Below are positions 12,660 through 19,339 of a stretch of DNA of 19,339 nt, in pieces. Each line of letters opens with the position of its first letter. Within the stretch, counting starts at the first letter, position 1. The notes beneath the pieces were generated by a model. The model saw only the letters and a program-made list of their open reading frames with translations, was not told the origin of the DNA and made no database searches. Origin of the DNA: Ascoidea asiatica JCM 7603 (Eukaryota; Fungi; Ascomycota); the NCBI GenBank assembly GCA_001600695.1, contig BCKQ01000012.1, positions 1 to 19,339 on the forward strand, given 5' to 3'. The position numbers were made by a program, and so were the translations under genes.

Positions 12660-13073
12660 TTAAAATTATTATATTGTTTCCAGTATCAGTCCATATATAG
12701 GTTTATAAGATTATTTATTTATCTACCCTTTTTTTTTTTTGATTTATTTGATTTGTTATTTGTCTGTTGTAGTTATTCAAATTTATTCTTTTATTTAATG
12801 ATTTTTTCTGGAATAATAAATTTACAGTTCAACAAATTCAAATATTTTCGAAAAATTTTAGACCCGTTGTAACGGTAAAATACATGTAGAGCAATGTATA
12901 TAAGAGCATTATTAAACTATAATCTAGAAAAAACCAAGATACAATTTGTATTTTCGAATTTATATTCTTGTTTTCTAGAATATTTCTTTATTTTTCTCAT
13001 TAAAGTTATATTTATATTCATGTATTAAATTTATATAAGTTATTATTGTAAGTAATAATGATTAGAAAATAAA

Positions 13074-13640
13074 TTAATCTTCATGTTCTTCTAAAAGAGT
13101 TTTATATTCTGCTTCGGATAATAAATCTGAATCCGATTTTGAGCCTTCCAAATCAGTAACATCAATTTGGACTAACCACCCATCACCCATTGGATCAGAA
13201 TTTAAAAGAGCAGGATCATCTTCAACTGTTTTATTTGTTTGTTTTATAATCCCATTAACAGGAGAATAAACTTCACTTGCTGACTTAACACTTTCGACAG
13301 AGCCTATAGAGTCACCTTTGATTGCATCAATATCAGTTTCTGGAAGCTCTACGTAGGTCGCATCTCCCAATTGATCAGCAGCATATTTTGTTATACCAAT
13401 GAAAGCAGTACCATCAGAATGTAATGCAATCCATTCATGTTCTTGTGTAAATTTTAAAGAAACTGGATCTTTTGAGTATGTAAAAGGTTTTGAATTTTTA
13501 TTTAAAACATTTAAAGAAGAATTGAATCTAATTGAAGAAACAAAAAATGAATTTGAATTTAGCAATATTTTAGATGATAAGTTTTGAAATTGGGATTTTG
13601 GGAATGATCTAGAAATAGAACGAATTGTTGTAGGAAACAT
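13074..13640 (-). CDS. GCV3: Glycine cleavage system H protein, mitochondrial
   Basis: The true ATG is at 13640; the ORF track starts 14 codons earlier at a TTG. It has an Arg/Ser-rich presequence, FTQEHEWI, GITKYAADQLGD and the lipoyl-lysine motif VESVKSASEVYSP. Confidence 0.95.
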   Translation of the reverse strand: MFPTTIRSISRSFPKSQFQNLSSKILLNSNSFFVSSIRFNSSLNVLNKNSKPFTYSKDPVSLKFTQEHEWIALHSDGTAFIGITKYAADQLGDATYVELPETDIDAIKGDSIGSVESVKSASEVYSPVNGIIKQTNKTVEDDPALLNSDPMGDGWLVQIDVTDLEGSKSDSDLLSEAEYKTLLEEHED

Positions 13641-14025
13641 TTTAATAATAAATATTAATATCAAAGATGAAATGAATTTCAAAATAAAAAAAATAAAAGA
13701 AATTTAATTGATGTGGGATAATACAATGTATAAATACTGGAATAGATAAGAATGGGAAATTCAAAAAATAAAGAATAAAATGAATTGAAAAAACGAAAAA
13801 ATATCGAGATATGAATTGTAGTTACTTTAATTTAATTTATCTCATTTAAGTGAGTGTGATTGAATACGAATAAATGGGACAAGATGATTTGATTGTGGGA
13901 GGGAATTATCAAAATAGTTACTAATAAAAAAGCCATACAGTAATCTAAAGATTCCTTTAACTGAGTTGTTGTTCGAACTTGAGCATGGATCAATCAGAGC
14001 TCTGGGGCCAATGAAACAAAACAAT

Positions 14026-14071
14026 TGACTCGGAGCCTTGCTAACAACAAAATGTATGGGGTCCCGAGTCA
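14026..14071. promoter_or_regulatory. Inverted pair of Bas1/Gcn4-type TGACTC sites in the GCV3/NDUFAF3 divergent promoter
   Basis: TGACTCGG at 14026-14033 and its reverse complement CCGAGTCA at 14064-14071, with a CCAAT at 14008-14012. Confidence 0.6.
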
Positions 14072-14340
14072 GATTTTCCAAAGATTTGAAAGGTGAAAAA
14101 TCTTTCCGTGAACGGTTTTGGAGAAAAAAGTAATGGAAAATTAGAAAAAACAAAACACATTAGTCAGGTGCCATTATATGCGGATATTTCCGTTAGGAGA
14201 ACCAAACTAACATTTGCGATGAGAAAACAACTGAAGGTAAAACATCAGAAGAAGAAGAAGGACAAGAAGAACATGAAGATGTGAAACGATAACAACGATT
14301 ACATTTAAAACAGAATCAGACAAAAACTAGACTCGAAAGA

Positions 14341-14901
14341 ATGATGATGTTATCTTTCTCTTCTAAGAGATCCTTTCTTGCTGCTACTCCTTTTGCAAGA
14401 GCTTTTCATTCTAACAATGCTATCTTCCATGGTTATAAAACTGAAAAAGAAGGTTCTGATGCTTTGAATAAGTTTGATATATATGCAGATTTAAAGCCTG
14501 CAATAAACAATATTGAATCTGTTAGAAAAGATGGTATACTATTTTCTAGCGGAATTTATGTTAAATCACCAAATGCAACAATTTTATTAAATAATAGTGA
14601 AATTTTTGAGTTAAAATTAAATCTTCAAAATGACATTCAAATATTAAATAATTTTATACTTCAATTTAAATCTGAAAAACTCTTGAATTTATTCAAATTA
14701 ATCCATCCCAAACCTGATATTTTGATAATAGGTTTAGGTAAGAAATCGAGAATTTTAGATTCTTCAAATAGAAAATTTTTCACAAATTTAGGAATTCAGT
14801 TGGAAATTAGTGATACATTGAATGCATGTAAAAATTATGATATTTTAAGTATTGAACGACCTAATCAAATTGGTGCGTTATTATTTCCTCCGGATTTCTA
14901 A
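14341..14901 (+). CDS. NDUFAF3/Mth938-domain mitochondrial complex I assembly factor
   Basis: 186 aa with a mitochondrial-type presequence and the C-terminal Mth938 signature PKPDILIIGLG...LGIQLEISDT.NAC..YDIL..ER...IGALLFPP. Confidence 0.85.
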   Translation: MMMLSFSSKRSFLAATPFARAFHSNNAIFHGYKTEKEGSDALNKFDIYADLKPAINNIESVRKDGILFSSGIYVKSPNATILLNNSEIFELKLNLQNDIQILNNFILQFKSEKLLNLFKLIHPKPDILIIGLGKKSRILDSSNRKFFTNLGIQLEISDTLNACKNYDILSIERPNQIGALLFPPDF

Positions 14902-15021
14902 TCCATGAATGAAAGTATTTCTATAATTTGTACATATTTCTTATAGTTTTACTATATTTTTTTATTGGAATTTATTAAATAACCTAAGAAAAACACTATT
15001 TACTGTATGATCTTGCTTAGA

Positions 15022-15029
15022 TATAAAAA
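15022..15029 (+). promoter_or_regulatory. Candidate TATA box of the putative long ncRNA
   Basis: TATAAAAA (fits TATAWAWR) about 23 nt before the 5' strand of the terminal helix (15052). It could instead be a 3'-end signal of the upstream gene. Confidence 0.3.
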
Positions 15030-15049
15030 CAAAAATTTATCCTTTACCT

Positions 15050-16330
15050 TCAGCGCACACATACTTCAATCAATTGGATCCTTCTCATCATGAAACTTGT
15101 GAACGTTTAAGTGGTTCATTACTTTTAGCTACGACATAAGGTCTTGAAAGATTTAGGCTCACATGATGATAATGAGTTGTTTATTTGAATCAGGTAGATC
15201 AAAACTTTTGTTTTTTTTCTTCTTTTTGGTTTTTATTCTTTATTTTCTGGTTCAACTTTTTTTTTCTAGCATTTATTCACATCCACTCTAAATCACAAAC
15301 ACAATTTTTTAATTATTTTCTTTGAAAAAATTTGTTACAAATTAAAATTTAATCTAATGAAAGAATTCATATAAATTTTGAAATATCAGAGTGTCAAAAA
15401 CAATAATTGACTTAAGTAATTTCATACTTTTAAGTTGATTATTAGTATTTTCACTAGCAACTTTTTCAAGTGTCTTTCTGAAACACCAAAAATCTTTCCT
15501 ATATTCTCTTTATCAACAACCTTTTAGAAAACATTTGAATTTGACCAGGTGGAAAAAGAATAAGATTTTGAATAAAGTGTTTTACAAATACAAATAATAG
15601 CATAACATTTCTGTTTGTAGCATATTTTTTGAAGCTTACTCCGTTGGAAAAATTAGTATGTGAAAGAGTGTCGATCCAACTTTTACCCCTAGTAAACTTG
15701 GTGCATATTCATGAGTTTGGAGTATTCACAATATTTTTGCTAACAAAAAAATCAGAGGAACACCATTCATGGGACATTCAGCATATGCAAGTATTTTTAG
15801 GTAGTAAAAACTTACTTTATTCTACTCGCTGCCTATATGTGTATAAAAGAACTTAGAAAATTTAAAATATTCACAATAATGCTTAAAGATGTAAGTTTAA
15901 AATCTAATTGTTTTTAACTTTCTTTAATCTCTCATGCTTACGTAATCTTTAAATAATATTTATTATTTTAAACCATAAATCTCTGACTTCAGAAACCAAA
16001 AACTTTTCTGTGATTAAAATTTAATCACCTGATAAGATTTTTCTCCTTTGCCACCCAAGCCTTTATGTGGCACATTGCCTTTGCGTGTATTTTTCAGGAT
16101 CTTTTAGCCAATTCTTTTCAAAGTGGAACAGAATAATGCATTTTGTAGCCTTTCCTGAATTTTAATTTCATCTCTGAATTCAAATTCAGATTTTGTTTCA
16201 GGAATCCCAATAATAAATTTTTATTTTCCGGATTTTAACTCATTTTAAAATGGAACTCACGCAACACTAAACCATTCCTTACTAAAGAGAAATGCGCGCT
16301 ATAAATATTGTCAGCTGTCCACATTTTTGA
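15050..16330 (+). ncRNA. Long structured ncRNA, candidate telomerase RNA (TER)
   Basis: No credible ORF. Nested helices were found by eye, most with G-U pairs only on the + strand: 15085-92/15162-69, 15201-10/15573-83, 15231-55/15541-65 (22 pairs), 15405-15/15430-40, 15609-25/15835-51, 15681-716/15765-809, 15883-96/15936-52, 16040-50/16283-92, 16081-87/16258-64 and 16152-59/16197-204. There is a terminal pairing 15052-59/16293-300, an Sm-type AUUUUUG at 16323-16329, and a single-stranded tandem repeat at 15584-15596. Confidence 0.5.
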
Positions 16331-18290
16331 AACCAGAGGAATTTTTTAAAATTTCGTCTTAGAATTTTTTTTTTTTTCATTTTAACAAGTGATATCCTTT
16401 TTAGAAAATACTTGTAAATTTTTTTCTTTCACTAACAAAATTATTTAATTTTATCTATTAAAATATCACTCTACTATGATTAATTAAGTCTTGCTGTTTT
16501 ATAATAAATCTAAATACAAGCTAATATCAAATGAACGTAATCAGTATATATGGATTGTTAAATTCAATTCTACTATTTTCAATGGTGAAATTTGAAATCT
16601 GTCAAAATATTTTAATTCAATGATATAATTAACGGATGAAAAAATGTTTTTGAAAGATTTGGTATGAATTTTAATTTCTCTTTATTCATGATACTAACAG
16701 CTATAATACTTGCTTATACAGAATAGATTTTGTTGGTGTGAATTTAATTCAAGAATGATTAATGGCTTCAATTAATTTCCATGATATGATGGTTGATTTA
16801 AATTTTTTGCTTATAGTTTTCAAGAGAGATTTTTGAAAGATTTGATTGAAAGGTGAGTCTTGTTTGGTTGTTTGTTCTAAAGAGTTACTTTCTAATTATT
16901 TGGATTGCTTTTTTTTTTGTGTGAATAGGTGAAAAATCTTTTGAATTGAAACTGATGGAGCCTAAGACAAATTTGTCCTAACGTCACTCAGACCGTTTTT
17001 TCTAAATCTAAATTGAAAACTCGAATTTCAAACTGCTCAAGTAAGATCAAATAAAACGACCCATCCAATTTAAAAAAACAAATTTCATGAAAGTAAACTT
17101 AAACCTAATCAAAAAAATAGAAATAAAAAACCTAAATTACTTTTACATAGGTACAGAATTCATTTCAGTTTTTGGGTTGTCTCAATTCGTACGTTTGTGA
17201 CTGGAAAGCCCAATTATAAAACAAAAATATTTTCAGTAAGCGATAAGCCAAAGTTATTTATTGAAGTATATACTATATTGAAAAGCAATATTGAAAAGGA
17301 AAATACAGCAAAAACAAAATCAATAAATTCGAATTGATTTTTGTCTTTTTGTTCCTTTGGTTGGACCCCCCGGTGAAACCTCTTCCATTACAAACTCAGG
17401 AAAATTTGCAGATTGATTAAAATCCACTGCTTCAAGATCGAAAAATTTAATTTGTGACAAATTTCCTGGATGATCTTGATACTCTTCTAAAATATTAATA
17501 TTGTGAAAAAAGCCCAATTTTAAATGGCTTGGTTTTAAACGATGCAACTCAGAATTTGTCCCTTGAATTGAAATATTTTGAATTTTGAGAATCAATTTTA
17601 TCATATCAAAACAAAATATGTCTGGTTTTCTAGAAGTATAACCGCAAGCACAACTGAGCGTTGAACCTGCGATAGTTACCACATGATCAGCAACCCATTC
17701 CTGTAACAACTCACACCTTAGAATCGTCTAAAACTGTTGGCTGGGCACATGAAAGTGCTGTAACTTCATGAAGTATAAAATACACACTTGAAATGCATCT
17801 GTCCAACTGGCATTAGTAAAGTTCTGAAATCTTAGTTTTAAACCTAATTTTAATTCAACAAATGAGCCAAATGTATATTAATTGGAATAATTGCGTAATG
17901 ATAATTATGTGCCTTAATGCCATTAGTACGGATCAACCCATTATGGGTACGCAGCGGATTTTAAATCACCATGCTAAATTTTCTGGCCATAAAATTGATA
18001 AGCCCAGGAAATGACGAAACTAAGTCGTGACGTCTTAAATTAATTATTTGTGCATTGATGACCTCGCACATATTACTGGTAACTAAATCAAAAGGCAATA
18101 ATCTATATGCCATTAACGTCTTATTTGTGGCCTTTACTATGAGATTCCAGCCACAAAGTGGTATCTCGGTAGTTTGAAAATTTTTGAAAATATCTGATTC
18201 AGAATATAGGTCAAATGAAATTATATTTAAGAATTCACCTTCAATTCGAACAAATTCTTCATCAGCTATTCCATCATAATTCTCAGCTAT

Positions 18291-18348
18291 TTGATTATTA
18301 TTACTAATTGTTTGATTATTATTACTAATTGTTTGATTATTATTACTA
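18291..18348. repeat. 21-bp tandem repeat (about 2.8 copies) encoding TISNNNQ inside the transposase
   Basis: Unit TTGATTATTATTACTAATTGT at 18291, 18312 and 18333 (partial). It is adjacent to three degenerate NNQLNVNII units at about 18380-18512. Confidence 0.9.
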
Positions 18349-19282
18349 TTAAATTGATTCATATTATTATTTGAATGAATGATATTAACATTCAATTGAT
18401 TATTACTATTATTTATATTATTATGATTATTATTTAAATGGATAATATTAACATTTAATTGATTATTATTTTAATTTGATGGAATAATGTTAACATTTAA
18501 TTGATTATTATTAACATTTAAATGATTATTACTATTATTTGATTGAATATTACTCTTATTTGATTGATTATTACTATTATTATTTATTTCTTCTTCTTGA
18601 AAGATGGTTTTCAAATTATGAGGAAGGAACTTTCTATCCAAATTAAAAAAGGAATCAGGAAGATAACTTCTATAATTTTGTATTATATCATTCAATCCAG
18701 TTGTTCTAATGTTTGTAAAAATATATTTATAAAAGTCAGCAACTTTTTTATGCATAGAGGTTCTATTATTTAATCCACCCTTGACCTTTGAAGTGTAATG
18801 TTTTGATCTCCAAGCTATGGTGATAAACGAACGTTTTTCATGCAAAGCACAAAACTTTCGATTTTTAAAACCAAAAGAATCTAATGCAGCAGAAATGCCC
18901 TTAGGCATATCTGCAATAATAATCCAGTTCTTTAGTTTTATTTGAAGTTCAATAGGCAAAACAGAAAGGAAAGATTTAATACAAGTTTTCCAATTTTTAG
19001 TGTTTTCTACTTGACATGTTAATGATGCAAATAGAACATATCTGTTTCCACAAATTGTTAAAAACATATGCCTTTTTTGTCTTATACTTTGTTTATTTCT
19101 TGAATATGTCTCATCTAATGCCAATACAGGAAGCAAAATCGATTCGTCTAACGCTGAGGCTACCCATTCAGCACAATCATAAATACTATTGAAATAAACT
19201 TGTTCTAATTTGGATATTTTAGAGAAACAAGATTGAAAATATGAATTTTTGAATGTTAAAGAAGTTTTTTTAGTAGAGTGTT

Positions 19283-19339
19283 TATTATTATCAGTATTAT
19301 TATCAGTATTATTATCAGTATTATTATCAGTATTATTAT
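19283..19339. repeat. 12-bp perfect tandem repeat (at least 4.75 copies) encoding TDNN in the transposase frame
   Basis: Unit TATTATTATCAG repeated up to the window edge. Confidence 0.95.

Larger units (their letters stand above)
17320..19339 (-). pseudogene. Decayed Mutator-like element (MULE) DDE transposase with SWIM-type zinc finger; 5' part outside window
   Basis: The frame is open from the window edge to 18471. It contains VLALDETY (D1, 19113-15), VENTKNW, IIIADMPKGISAA (D2, 18909-11), CALH, then VTSNMCEVIN...LRR (E, 18063-65), then HVVTI...SCACG-x9-CFD (SWIM-like). It is broken by in-frame stops at 18471, 17961 and 17728 and by a frameshift at about 17853-17877. Confidence 0.85.

Noticed and set aside
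13842-14284. Two short ORFs in the GCV3/NDUFAF3 intergenic region
   Set aside because: No motifs, atypical composition, and they overlap promoter elements.
15050-15170. Box C/D snoRNA (ATGATGA on both strands, CTGA on - strand)
   Set aside because: The two ATGATGA copies are the arms of an inverted repeat. C-to-D spacing is only about 40 nt and no rRNA guide is recognisable.
15629-15856. 75-aa ORF
   Set aside because: TTG start, no recognisable motif, and it coincides with a base-paired arm of the putative ncRNA.
15030-16300. Minus-strand model of the same structured RNA (Sm-like AAUUUUUG at 15030-37; the terminal helix extends with four G-U pairs on this strand)
   Set aside because: Most internal helices lose pairs on the - strand (G-U becomes A-C) and I found no convincing C/A-rich template there. 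It is disfavoured but not excluded without stranded expression data.
15050-16330. U1/U2 snRNA, U3, snR30, RNase P/MRP or SRP RNA as the identity of the ncRNA
   Set aside because: Their diagnostic motifs (ATACTTACC, GTGTAGTA, ATATTCCTA, GAAAGTCCCC/GGAAATTC, SRP helix 8) were not seen.
17728-18473. Stop-codon reassignment or programmed readthrough in the transposase
   Set aside because: Host genes end normally with TAA/TAG, and the element also has a frameshift and a mutated zinc ligand, so decay is the simpler explanation.
1904-18773. Antisense ORFs 1904-2269, 2867-3085, 8340-8525, 8644-8883, 13399-13587 and 18564-18773
   Set aside because: They are shadow frames opposite real coding sequence.
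19283-19339. Telomeric or CRISPR-like repeat at the window edge
   Set aside because: It is a spacer-less, in-frame coding minisatellite within the transposase frame.

Overview
This is a very AT-rich, intron-free stretch of a budding-yeast (Saccharomycotina) nuclear genome. From left to right it holds a CCDC47/DUF1682 ER-membrane gene cut off by the window edge (-), HMG-CoA reductase (-), a head-to-head TMA16 (-)/CRM1 (+) pair, ELP3 (-), and a head-to-head GCV3 (-)/NDUFAF3-like (+) pair. After these come about 2.4 kb without a credible ORF and a decayed Mutator-like (MULE) transposase (-) that runs off the right edge. The most interesting signal is about 15050-16330 on the + strand. By eye it folds into a ~1.28-kb multi-arm RNA with a TATA box upstream and an Sm-type site at the 3' end. 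Its elements occur in the order seen in yeast telomerase RNAs: 5' arm/boundary helix, short tandem-repeat template, long bulged arm, pseudoknot-like region, junction arm, Sm site. If it is TER, it would predict an unusual G-poor telomere repeat (TATTTG). All helices were found by manual pairing, not by computed folding, so this is a hypothesis. Several promoters carry recognisable paired transcription-factor motifs (sterol elements, Bas1/Gcn4, Tbf1/Cbf1).
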